Virus record (IMG/VR): IMGVR_UViG_3300020045_006258
Span: 1-27,728 of that record
Direction: 5' to 3' (one strand)
DNA length: 27,728 bases
Origin: a virus
Taxonomy: Duplodnaviria; Caudoviricetes
Both the position numbers and the translations under genes were made by a program. The notes beneath the pieces were generated by a model. The model saw nothing but the letters and a program-made list of their open reading frames with translations, was not told where the DNA came from and did no database searches. Every line of letters begins with the position of its first letter. The stretch's first letter is position 1. Below, piece by piece: positions 15,925 to 24,039 of this stretch.

Positions 15925-16409
15925 TACCAGCTACCGCCACCAGTGATGAATGGGACTTCTTGGTCCAGATCGTCGTCAAAGCCGGATCCACCTCCGAACG
16001 AATTGCCCATTGATCCGCCACCGCCCTGCCTGCCGCTCGATTGCTGGCGTTCGCCCTGTTGCGGGCCGTCAAGCATGGTCAGGACGGCACCGGGGCCACC
16101 TACCGCCACCTCGGTCGAATAGCGGTCATTGCCGCTCTGGTCCTGCCATTTGCGGGTGCGAAGCTGGCCTTCGATATAGACCTTGCTGCCCTTTCGCAAA
16201 AACCGTTCGGCCACGCCGACCAGCCCGTCGCCGGAAATGGCAACGCTATGCCATTCGGTGCGCTCCTTTTTCTCGCCCTCCTTTGACTTCCATTTTTCCG
16301 ACGTGGCGATCCGCAAATTGCAAATCTTGCCGCCGTTGCTGAATGACTTGACTTCCGGGTCCGCGCCCAAGTTCCCTACGATGATGACTTTATTGACTGA
16401 TCCAGCCAT
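15924..16409 (-). CDS. ssb: Single-stranded DNA-binding protein
   Basis: [39 protein letters not shown], acidic [10 protein letters not shown] tail. Confidence 0.97.
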   Translation of the reverse strand: MAGSVNKVIIVGNLGADPEVKSFSNGGKICNLRIATSEKWKSKEGEKKERTEWHSVAISGDGLVGVAERFLRKGSKVYIEGQLRTRKWQDQSGNDRYSTEVAVGGPGAVLTMLDGPQQGERQQSSGRQGGGGSMGNSFGGGSGFDDDLDQEVPFITGGGSW

Positions 16410-16420
16410 GTTATTCCTCC

Positions 16421-17077
16421 TTAAAAACCAACCGCGACAAAGCGCTTGTGAATAGCCCGCACGGTTTCCACGTCATCCATGCAATACCGCGATATGCGCT
16501 CATGCTCCCCGTCTGCCCAAGCCTTGGCGACCATGGAGCCGTCAAAATCGCCCTTCCCGTCCATGCCCAGCGCCTTGGCAAGCCGATCCTGCCCGATGGT
16601 GCCACGAACGCCCGCCCATGTCGTCATGGTGTCGAAAACAGTATCGTCCCATGGCTTCGGATTGCGCGGTATTGCAGTTGGGATTTTGATGCCCAGCACA
16701 ATGGCACGGCACAGGATAAAGCGCAGATCGAACGCCGACACATTGTGGCCGATGATCCGCACCAGACCCATGGGCGGCATGTCGTCAAAAAACGCTTTCA
16801 GGATAACAGCCTCATCCGCGACGGTTTTGGCCGACAGCGCGACAACATCGCCATCATCCTTGGCGTAGCCGATACAGCAAATGTGGCCATGTGCGGGGTC
16901 GAAGCTGGTTTTTGCTACAGCTTCGTCAATGGCGGCGTCTGCGTTCTCCGCCAGCCATGCGGCGATGCTGTCCGCTTTCTTGATGTTGCCGGGCGGTTTC
17001 AGGTTGTGACGGACAGCCTCCCGGTAAGCCGGGTCTTGGCATGGAATGGTTTCTATGTCCAATGCGATGTTAATCAT
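16421..17077 (-). CDS. DEDD 3'-5' exonuclease (PolB-exonuclease-like)
   Basis: ExoI DIET, Exo[10 protein letters not shown], ExoIII YCMDDV. Confidence 0.88.
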   Translation of the reverse strand: MINIALDIETIPCQDPAYREAVRHNLKPPGNIKKADSIAAWLAENADAAIDEAVAKTSFDPAHGHICCIGYAKDDGDVVALSAKTVADEAVILKAFFDDMPPMGLVRIIGHNVSAFDLRFILCRAIVLGIKIPTAIPRNPKPWDDTVFDTMTTWAGVRGTIGQDRLAKALGMDGKGDFDGSMVAKAWADGEHERISRYCMDDVETVRAIHKRFVAVGF

Positions 17078-17086
17078 GATCGCTCC

Positions 17087-17806
17087 TTACTGATGAGGGA
17101 TACCGTCATCGCCCAATTCAGGCGTTGCGGTCTTGCGCTTGGCTTCCAGCGCGTTGCGGGCGTCGGTGTAGTTGACTGCCGGGATGGCTGCGAAGGATGG
17201 CACGGGTGCCTTGATCTTTTTCGCCAGCCAAGCAAGGAATTTGCCCGCGTCCGCATCGACTTCGCGGGCCAAATCCTCCAACTCAATTTCCTGCTCTATC
17301 GATATGCACTGGACCAGCTCAGGCTCCTCAATATGCAAGTCGCCCTTATGCCAAAGATCGAGCGCGGCACCAAAGCGCATGGCCGCATTGCGAAGTGCAT
17401 CGCCAATGGCTTCCTTGACCGCGTTGCCGCCCGTTTTCCCCTCTGCATCACCATAGCCCAGCCGGGTCACGCCATGGATCGTTAGCTTGATCCAAAGCCC
17501 CCCATTGCGGTCGAAGGCTGGCAAGCCATCCTGGCCTAGCGACATAGGATCCCACGACCATTCAGGATCGGTGTCCAGAAGCCGGTCAGTCAGCGCGGCA
17601 TGGCCGACATAATCAAGATGCACGGCCTTTTCGTGGTGATAGCCGCCGCATACGTCGCACTTCTTTGGCCAGTTGCCCGCGTCCTGCGCTGCCTTGCGCT
17701 GCTTCGCCTGCGCGCCAGTTTCCTTGGGTAGCTTGCTGATTTGGTTTTCGGGGAACTTTTCCCGCATTTTATCCAGCGGGTGGCTGGTGTCTGCCTTGAT
17801 GGCCAC
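17087..17806 (-). CDS. Rad52/Sak-like single-strand annealing protein
   Basis: LDYVGHAALTDRL...WSW, KEAIGDALRNAAMRFG...DLW; GAAGGAG RBS with GTG start. Confidence 0.78.
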   Translation of the reverse strand: MAIKADTSHPLDKMREKFPENQISKLPKETGAQAKQRKAAQDAGNWPKKCDVCGGYHHEKAVHLDYVGHAALTDRLLDTDPEWSWDPMSLGQDGLPAFDRNGGLWIKLTIHGVTRLGYGDAEGKTGGNAVKEAIGDALRNAAMRFGAALDLWHKGDLHIEEPELVQCISIEQEIELEDLAREVDADAGKFLAWLAKKIKAPVPSFAAIPAVNYTDARNALEAKRKTATPELGDDGIPHQ

Positions 17807-17835
17807 GTTGCCTTCTCCTTCGTGATTGCCCGCCC

Positions 17836-17914
17836 TAGATGGCACTGATTTATCGCCTGCGCAAGAACAATTTTAGCGCTTGACGCGAACACGGCCAAAA
17901 CGCATAATGCCGCC
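17836..17914. promoter_or_regulatory. Divergent sigma70 promoter pair 2
   Basis: Rightward TTGACG(17880)-N17-CATAAT-N6-ATG (leaderless); weaker leftward TTGCGC(17864)-N17-CATCTA. Confidence 0.75.
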
Positions 17915-18106
17915 ATGATTGAAGAAGGCGACCTCGCAAAATTTGATGCTCGTTGTTACGCAGCGCGTGTCACACCGTATCAACTATGCAAGCTGGCGGG
18001 GATATTCCCGACTAGCTGGTATAGGTCGAGAAAGCGCAAAACCATATCATTGCGACAGATGGCGCGCATGGAAAAGGCGCTCAAGGAATGGGAGAAAACG
18101 CTGTGA
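17915..18106 (+). CDS. Cro-like HTH protein 2 (63 aa), paralog of 13812-14003
   Basis: TPYQLCKLAGIFPTSWYRSRKR. Confidence 0.75.
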   Translation: MIEEGDLAKFDARCYAARVTPYQLCKLAGIFPTSWYRSRKRKTISLRQMARMEKALKEWEKTL

Positions 18107-18294
18107 ATGAAGTTAAATACATGAACGTCTGGCGCAACGAAGACGGGACATCGCAATGGACGGATGGCTATGGGGTGGGTGCCGGGCCGCGCGATTTTTG
18201 CGACAGAGTAGCGGCATCTGTCGAACGCAAAAATGTCGGCATCCGCCGCATGGGCCTGTTGCGCGTTCGACTGAAGGGGCAGCCCCATGACTGA
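18103..18294 (+). CDS. Hypothetical protein
   Basis: GGAG RBS; GTGA coupling. Confidence 0.55.
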   Translation: MNEVKYMNVWRNEDGTSQWTDGYGVGAGPRDFCDRVAASVERKNVGIRRMGLLRVRLKGQPHD

Positions 18295-18448
18295 CGTGCT
18301 AATGCTCACCCGCGACTTTGCCGAAAACCCCGCGCAATTCGACTTGCAACTCCTGCGCGAGAAAACCAAGCGCGCGCTGCTGGAGAAGGCCATCACGGAA
18401 AGCAAGCGTCGGCGTGCGGCGCAATATGCGAGGGCTGGCCGTGGATAG
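18287..18448 (+). CDS. 53-aa basic hypothetical protein (MTDVLMLTRDF...)
   Basis: Not in the ORF track; overlaps both neighbours. Confidence 0.5.
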   Translation: MTDVLMLTRDFAENPAQFDLQLLREKTKRALLEKAITESKRRRAAQYARAGRG

Positions 18449-18809
18449 CGTGACGGTCGAATTGCCATGGCCACCTACTGCGCTTCGCCCCAACGCATCG
18501 TCGCCGGGATCGTGGCGCAAGAAGCAAGGCGCGGCCAAATCATACAAGGCCGATTGCATCCTGCTTTTGCGCTCGACGTGGCTCTGGCATTGGGATGCTG
18601 GCAACATAAAGACCGCCCATTTGCATATCACGTTCTGCCCACCGGACAAGCGCCGTCGCGATCTCGACAATATGCTGGCCAGCTTCAAGCAGGGGATCGA
18701 CGCAATCGCGGAAACCATGGGTGTCGATGACTACGGCTTTGGCTTCACGATCCTACGCGGCGAGCCGGTCAAAGGCGGCATTGTCCGCGTAACCATTACG
18801 GAGGAATGA
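18441..18809 (+). CDS. rusA: RusA-like Holliday junction resolvase
   Basis: ELPWPP..L.PN, PPDKRRRDLDNML...K...D....GVDD. Confidence 0.85.
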   Translation: MDSVTVELPWPPTALRPNASSPGSWRKKQGAAKSYKADCILLLRSTWLWHWDAGNIKTAHLHITFCPPDKRRRDLDNMLASFKQGIDAIAETMGVDDYGFGFTILRGEPVKGGIVRVTITEE

Positions 18810-18909
18810 TGATGGACGCCGCTGGAGGTCTCATAGTATTTTTCGGCCTTATCTTTCTAGGAAGCGATATAAAGGCAGCGGCGCGGATACTGTCTGGAAA
18901 GGACAAGCC

Positions 18910-19080
18910 ATGAAACCCTGGGAACGCCCACCAACCCGCACCATAGCGGACCTGACCGCCGACGAGCGCGACGTTATACGACAGCGCCATCGCGGCTGGG
19001 AAAGCGCTTCACCCGGCCTGCTAGCGCTTGTGTTTAGCGTGCCAGTGCAGGCTATCAATGCTGTTTTGAAGGAGGAATGA
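18910..19080 (+). CDS. 56-aa hypothetical protein, possibly HTH
   Basis: AAGGA RBS; LTADERDVIRQR...LALVFSVPVQAI. Confidence 0.5.
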   Translation: MKPWERPPTRTIADLTADERDVIRQRHRGWESASPGLLALVFSVPVQAINAVLKEE

Positions 19081-19204
19081 TTGTGAGATGGCTTAGATGT
19101 TTCGTCGGCCTTCATGACTGGCGCTTATCGAGATTTGTGGCATTGGGCCAGAAAGGCCCAAGCTATGTTTGCAAGCGCTGCGGGAAGCAATGGACACCGG
19201 AGGC

Positions 19205-19369
19205 ATGACACCCCGCGATAGCCTCCTATCCATCCTGTCTGTGGTTATAGCCAATGCAGAGCCGCCATCAGCGCAGAAGGAACTAATCATGATCGCCCAC
19301 GAAAATGGGTTGCTCACGATGGCGCGAGTGGTGGAACTGATCGCGTTTCATGATTTGCGCAACGCTTGA
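19205..19369 (+). CDS. Hypothetical protein (MTPRDSLL...)
   Basis: Open frame in operon direction; start uncertain. Confidence 0.5.
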   Translation: MTPRDSLLSILSVVIANAEPPSAQKELIMIAHENGLLTMARVVELIAFHDLRNA

Positions 19370-19396
19370 TGCCAGCCGGTGATTGGTGTAAAAGCA

Positions 19397-19454
19397 AGAA
19401 CCCCGATGCTTGGTAGGCACCGGGGTTCTAAAAATATCGGGTAGGCAACCCGGT
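19397..19454 (+). promoter_or_regulatory. Tandem hairpins upstream of the replication genes
   Basis: AGAACCCCG/CGGGGTTCT stem plus a second CGGGT/ACCCG stem; both carry GGTAGGCA. Confidence 0.5.
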
Positions 19455-19530
19455 ATCCAACGCCTGAGAAGGAGGCACTGAATATGATTATTATATATGC
19501 CCGCGTTCCGTCTTGCAAGGCCTTTGCCGC

Positions 19531-19980
19531 ATGACGCGCTATCAACGTATCCGGGTTATCCTTTCATTTAGGGAAATAAACCCGACCGAGCGTTGCGTTT
19601 TGATAGCACTGTGCGAGCGCGCCGACAAATATATGTCGGTCGCCCCTAGCCAGCAATCAATCGCAACCCCATTGGGCATATCCTTGCGCGCTGTCCGCGA
19701 TGCCATGAAATCACTTGATGAGCGGGGCTATATCGAGCGGACCACACAGCGGCGCGCGGCGACCGGTTATCGTTTCGTTGACAAGGTGAAACTGGCCTGC
19801 ATGAAGTCATCTTTTGCGGAGCCAAAACGGGCTGATTATCGCAGGAGCCTAGCGGCAGATTTTGCCGGTAGTCCAGCGGCAGATTTTGCCGCGCCTCTTA
19901 TATACTCTAAAGGAGAAAGTAAAAATCCAGCCGGTGATGCAAATGTGGTTTTCTTCCCTGCACGGGGGGCGTCAAAATGA
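19531..19980 (+). CDS. HTH replication-initiator-like protein
   Basis: PTERCVLIALCERAD...PSQQSIATPLGISLRAVRDAMKSLDERGYIER winged HTH; internal repeats; precedes the helicase. Confidence 0.72.
   Translation: MTRYQRIRVILSFREINPTERCVLIALCERADKYMSVAPSQQSIATPLGISLRAVRDAMKSLDERGYIERTTQRRAATGYRFVDKVKLACMKSSFAEPKRADYRRSLAADFAGSPAADFAAPLIYSKGESKNPAGDANVVFFPARGASK
19851..19891 (+). repeat. Two 17-bp iteron-like direct repeats (putative ori)
   Basis: AGCGGCAGATTTTGCCG at 19851 and 19875, each an imperfect palindrome, followed by an AT-rich tract. Confidence 0.6.
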
Positions 19981-21422
19981 TCGAACTGTGGGACCACCAA
20001 ACGCAAGCCGTCAACATGCTTCGTTCCTCCCTCTCGGCTGGGAAAAAGCGACCTATGCTCAAGGTGCCAACGGGTGGAGGCAAGACCCGCATCGCCGCAG
20101 CCATTATCGAACGTATGCGCGAACGTCGCAAGCGCGCCCTGTTCATCGTGGATGCCATTTCGCTAGTCGGCCAGACATACGACGAATTTGGCAAGCTGGG
20201 ATTGGACAACATCGGTATCATTCAAGCCGACGACTGGCGCACCGATTGGTCGAAGCCTATTCAGGTCGCGTCCGTAGCCACGTTGCAGCGGCGCGGCGTG
20301 ATGCCAGATGCGGACGTAGCCTTTGTGGATGAGGCGCACGTCCGTAATGCGTGGCTGGAAAAACAGTGGGCAGGCGAATGGGGAGACAAGCCAGTCATCG
20401 GACTATCAGCGACGCCATGGGCCAAGGGGCTGGGCAATGTGTATGATGACCTGATTACGCCTGTCACCATGCACGAATTGACGACCATCGGCAAATTGCT
20501 GCCATTCCGGGTATTCGCGCCATCGCACCCTGATCTAACCGGCGTGGGTTCAACGGGTGGCGACTTCAACGGGAAGCAATTGGGCGAGCGCATGGACAAT
20601 GCGGTCTTGATTGCCGATATTGTTTCGACATGGCTCAGACTTGGGGAGGACCGCCCGACGCTCTGCTATTGCGTTGACCGAGCGCACGCAAAAAAGGTTC
20701 AGGAGCGGTTTCTAAGCGCTGGCGTCGCAGCCGAATATATCGATATGAACGTTGATGGGGAGGAGAGAGCCCGCATCCAGGGCCGACTAGAGCGCGGTGA
20801 AACAAAGGTAGTTTGCAATATCGCGACCTTGACGAAAGGCATTGACTGGAAAATCGGCTGCATCATCATCGCGCGGCCTACCAAGTCGAAAATGCTACAC
20901 GTCCAGATCGCGGGCCGTGTCATCCGCGCCAACAGCGGTTTTGATGATGGCTTGGTTCTGGATCATAGCGATAATATGCTGCGCCTTGGCCTGCCCCCGG
21001 ACATCTCCGACACGCCGCTTTGCACCCTAAAAAAGGGAGAGAAGAAAAAGGAAAAGCCCGACCCCCTGCCCAAGGAATGTGGCGCTTGTGGCTTTCTCAA
21101 GCCGCCCAAGGTCCGCATCTGCCCGGTTTGCCAGCATGAGCCTGTTGTCACGTCCGACCTAGAGGAGGATGACGGCGAATTGGTCCAGATCGGTGGGGCA
21201 AAGCCGAATTACACGATGCCTCAAAAGCAAGAATGGTGGTCGGGTTTCTTGTGGATACAGGAAAGCAAGGGATACAAAAAGGGCTGGGCTTCTAACAAGT
21301 ATCGCGAAAAGTTTGGCGTTTGGCCCAAGGGCTTGCATGACAAGCCCGCCATCCCAACGCTTCAAGTGAGCAATTTTGTCCGTGCTGGACAAATCCGTTA
21401 CGCCAAAAGGAAGGCCGCATGA
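19977..21422 (+). CDS. SF2 DEAH helicase with C-terminal Zn finger (RadD/YejH-like)
   Basis: PTGGGKT, DEAH, SATP, QIAGRVIR, CGAC...CPVC. Confidence 0.93.
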   Translation: MIELWDHQTQAVNMLRSSLSAGKKRPMLKVPTGGGKTRIAAAIIERMRERRKRALFIVDAISLVGQTYDEFGKLGLDNIGIIQADDWRTDWSKPIQVASVATLQRRGVMPDADVAFVDEAHVRNAWLEKQWAGEWGDKPVIGLSATPWAKGLGNVYDDLITPVTMHELTTIGKLLPFRVFAPSHPDLTGVGSTGGDFNGKQLGERMDNAVLIADIVSTWLRLGEDRPTLCYCVDRAHAKKVQERFLSAGVAAEYIDMNVDGEERARIQGRLERGETKVVCNIATLTKGIDWKIGCIIIARPTKSKMLHVQIAGRVIRANSGFDDGLVLDHSDNMLRLGLPPDISDTPLCTLKKGEKKKEKPDPLPKECGACGFLKPPKVRICPVCQHEPVVTSDLEEDDGELVQIGGAKPNYTMPQKQEWWSGFLWIQESKGYKKGWASNKYREKFGVWPKGLHDKPAIPTLQVSNFVRAGQIRYAKRKAA

Positions 21423-22324
21423 TGATCGGTATAGCAGATCAATGTCGCAACCGTTGGACGGCTATTCTGCCGCAATTGGGTATTAGCCCTTCGTTCCTGA
21501 CCGGCAAGCAAACCCCCTGCCCGATATGCGGGGGCAAGGATCGGTTTCGTTTCGACAACAAAGAGGGGCGCGGCACCTACTATTGCAACGCTTGCGGTGC
21601 CGGTGATGGTGTCCAGCTAGTGATGTTGTCCCATCAAATATCATTCCGCGCGGCAGCAGAAAAGGTCAGGGAAGTGGCACCGAATTGCGAAGTCAATAAG
21701 CCAAGGGCCGAGCCAAGCGAAGAACAGCGCATGGCGGCGATGCGGGAGATTTGGAAGGGTGGCCAGCCGGTGATGGCCGATAATGGCGCAGGCTTGTATC
21801 TGGCCAACCGTGGGATTGATGGGCCATATTCCGACGCGCTGCGTTTCATCCCGAAAATGCGGGTGGCAAACGAGGAAGTGAAATACTTGGCGGCGATGAT
21901 CGGAATGGTGCGTAACCCTGACGGCGACGTTGTTAATTTCCACCGGACCTATTTGCAGAGCGGCAAGAAGGCTGATATTTCTTCGCCCAAGAAGATCATG
22001 AAGGGACCGGCCCCGCATGGCTCGTATATCGCCCTATCGCCCGCCGCAGAGGTCATGGGGGTGGCAGAGGGCATAGAGACGGCTCTGCACGTTACACGGC
22101 GCTTTGGCATCCCTTGCTGGTCCCTGATTAGTGCGGACGGGCTAAAGGCCTTCACGCCGCCAGCAATCGTTACGCATTTGCGCATTTTTGGCGACAATGA
22201 CGCAAACTTTGTGGGGCAAGCCGCCGCCTACGCTCTCGCCTCCCGGCTGGCCACCCGTAACGACCATATCGCGGTGTCGGTCGAAATACCGGAGACTATC
22301 GGAACGGATTGGGCCGATGACTGA
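21419..22324 (+). CDS. Primase: Zn-binding domain plus TOPRIM
   Basis: CPICGGKDRFRFD...CNAC, AEGIETAL, GDND, DWAD. Confidence 0.92.
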   Translation: MMIGIADQCRNRWTAILPQLGISPSFLTGKQTPCPICGGKDRFRFDNKEGRGTYYCNACGAGDGVQLVMLSHQISFRAAAEKVREVAPNCEVNKPRAEPSEEQRMAAMREIWKGGQPVMADNGAGLYLANRGIDGPYSDALRFIPKMRVANEEVKYLAAMIGMVRNPDGDVVNFHRTYLQSGKKADISSPKKIMKGPAPHGSYIALSPAAEVMGVAEGIETALHVTRRFGIPCWSLISADGLKAFTPPAIVTHLRIFGDNDANFVGQAAAYALASRLATRNDHIAVSVEIPETIGTDWADD

Positions 22325-22466
22325 CCACCACCCCCTAACCACCTACATCATCCACCTATTACGCGATAAGCCTGACCGCTCATCGGCTGGCAAGGAGGCA
22401 AGACGGCTAGGTGTGAGACTGGACTATGCAGAATATTATTGGAGGGTGATGGCGAATAGGGGTTGA
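22317..22466 (+). CDS. 49-aa hypothetical protein
   Basis: ATG overlapping the primase end. Confidence 0.45.
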   Translation: MTDHHPLTTYIIHLLRDKPDRSSAGKEARRLGVRLDYAEYYWRVMANRG

Positions 22467-22491
22467 CGTTGTCAGGCGACACTGTCATACA
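22463..22491 (+). promoter_or_regulatory. Promoter overlapped by two palindromic operator-like sites
   Basis: TTGACG-N17-CATACA; TGAC-GTT-GTCA (22464) and CGAC-ACT-GTCA (22477). Confidence 0.5.
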
Positions 22492-22530
22492 GGTTCCAGA
22501 GCCAAGGTGGCTAGCTGAGGAGATGCCGAG

Positions 22531-22713
22531 ATGATGCGTTTTGTAGTCCATGCCTTCGGTGTGCATTACGCGGACTTTAATCAACAGGCTGATGCTGTGC
22601 GTTATGCCCGTGATAATTCATCGGAATTTCAAAATAACTGGTGGGAAATTCGCGCCAAGGATGGCCAGTTCATTGAAGCATGGAAGGCAGGAGATTTGGT
22701 GAGGACGGCATGA
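22531..22713 (+). CDS. Hypothetical protein (60 aa)
   Basis: GAGGAG RBS; ATGA-coupled to the HTH gene. Confidence 0.6.
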   Translation: MMRFVVHAFGVHYADFNQQADAVRYARDNSSEFQNNWWEIRAKDGQFIEAWKAGDLVRTA

Positions 22714-23012
22714 AAATAAATTGCACATCAACGCATTGCGAACGGCGACGCGAGTGCGCCAGCCCAAATGAATGCACGGGACATGATATGCGCAGCCCAA
22801 TGGCCGTGGCCCGCAACCAGCTGCGCATGTCGCTGTCTGAGTTCGCCGCACTCCACCAGTCCAGCACGGACGCTGTAAGGCGCTGGGAAAAGCCAAAGGA
22901 CGCATCTGGATACCGTGAGCCATCTGGATCGGCAAAAGCGTTCACGCAGGCTCTGCTGGACGGCTACAGGCCCAAGGATGGAGCAACTAGACACCCAGCT
23001 TACAGCGGTTGA
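22710..23012 (+). CDS. XRE-family HTH protein with N-terminal Cys cluster
   Basis: ARNQLRMSLSEFAAL....DAVRRWE.....REPSGSA. Confidence 0.75.
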   Translation: MKINCTSTHCERRRECASPNECTGHDMRSPMAVARNQLRMSLSEFAALHQSSTDAVRRWEKPKDASGYREPSGSAKAFTQALLDGYRPKDGATRHPAYSG

Positions 23013-23024
23013 TAGGGAGGGGCG

Positions 23025-23297
23025 GTGATGAGTGATTTGGTAGAGCGGTTGAGAACGGTCAAGCTGCTGTCTCAGCGCAATCAGATGGCTTTGCAGGCAG
23101 AAGCCGCCGACACAATCGAACAGCTACAGGCTGACAAGCGGGAGTTGATGGAGGCTTTGGCTCCGTTCGCCGATGCTTGCACGATCACCAACAAGGATGA
23201 CGATGAGGTAATTGATGACAGCATAGCGGCAACAAGGATCACGTTCGGGCATCTTCGCGCGGCTCTCGCGAAAATAACCTCACAACACGCAAAATAG
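23025..23297 (+). CDS. Hypothetical phage protein (MSDLVERLR...EAADTIEQL)
   Basis: Common phage early-gene motif; GGAGG RBS. Confidence 0.7.
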   Translation: MMSDLVERLRTVKLLSQRNQMALQAEAADTIEQLQADKRELMEALAPFADACTITNKDDDEVIDDSIAATRITFGHLRAALAKITSQHAK

Positions 23298-23352
23298 TTG
23301 TTGCGTTATCCGTTGGTAATGATAAAAGGGTGTCATCAACGGAGGAAGTGAC

Positions 23353-23553
23353 ATGACCCGCATTGAAGCGCTCGCAGATTACGCAAATGCCTACCGCGCT
23401 TATCAAGTGTTCAAGGGCTCGACGTTTAATATCGACGTGGCAACCAACTACGCGGTTCAGGACGTGAACAATCAGACGAAGCGCTACAGCGATGCTGACG
23501 CAATCTACCAGATCAATGACGAAGCGCTTTATCTTCGGGCGGCCATGGCATGA
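23353..23553 (+). CDS. Hypothetical protein
   Basis: GGAGG RBS; promoter-like TTGCGT upstream. Confidence 0.6.
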   Translation: MTRIEALADYANAYRAYQVFKGSTFNIDVATNYAVQDVNNQTKRYSDADAIYQINDEALYLRAAMA

Positions 23554-23759
23554 GGCGGGTGACAAGGGAAGAGTTCTACGAGCCTATCAACCGCGATAGG
23601 CTCAACCTTCATCCGCGTATCATGAATGATAAATTCCCCTACACGTCCGTTTTCATGTGGCCATCAAGCCCGCACCGAGAGCCATACGGCAAGATAGTAG
23701 GGCGCATTGAGAGCGGATTAGAGGTAAAAGATTATTTCGTCACGGAGAGGCAGAAGTGA
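23550..23759 (+). CDS. Hypothetical protein
   Basis: ATGA coupling. Confidence 0.6.
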   Translation: MRRVTREEFYEPINRDRLNLHPRIMNDKFPYTSVFMWPSSPHREPYGKIVGRIESGLEVKDYFVTERQK

Positions 23760-23905
23760 CCAACTGGCGCGACCACCTACGCAATGCCGAGGCAACCGAA
23801 CTGGCCGAAGCAGAACGTGCCTATGAGCATGTCCGCAAGGTCCATGGGCCTGTCATCGCTCGGATACGCAACCGCTGCATATTGCGCGCAAGGAGGGTTA
23901 AGTGA
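23756..23905 (+). CDS. 49-aa hypothetical protein (MTNWRDHLRNAE...)
   Basis: Not in the ORF track; GGAGAGG RBS and GTGA coupling. Confidence 0.5.
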   Translation: MTNWRDHLRNAEATELAEAERAYEHVRKVHGPVIARIRNRCILRARRVK

Positions 23906-24039
23906 TGACCCTTGCATCATCCCCAAACCGCTGATACACCATAGCTGCAACCCTTGCGAAAGGACGGTGATCCCTCATCTGGACGACGCGGCGGTTGTTT
24001 GATGGAAGCGGGCGACCGCCGGTTGTTCTGGAAAAACAC

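Noticed and set aside
19450-19460. CCGGTATCCAA shared with the ncRNA T-like arm as an antisense target
   Set aside because: Same sense in the two transcripts, so not complementary; an 11-nt match may be chance
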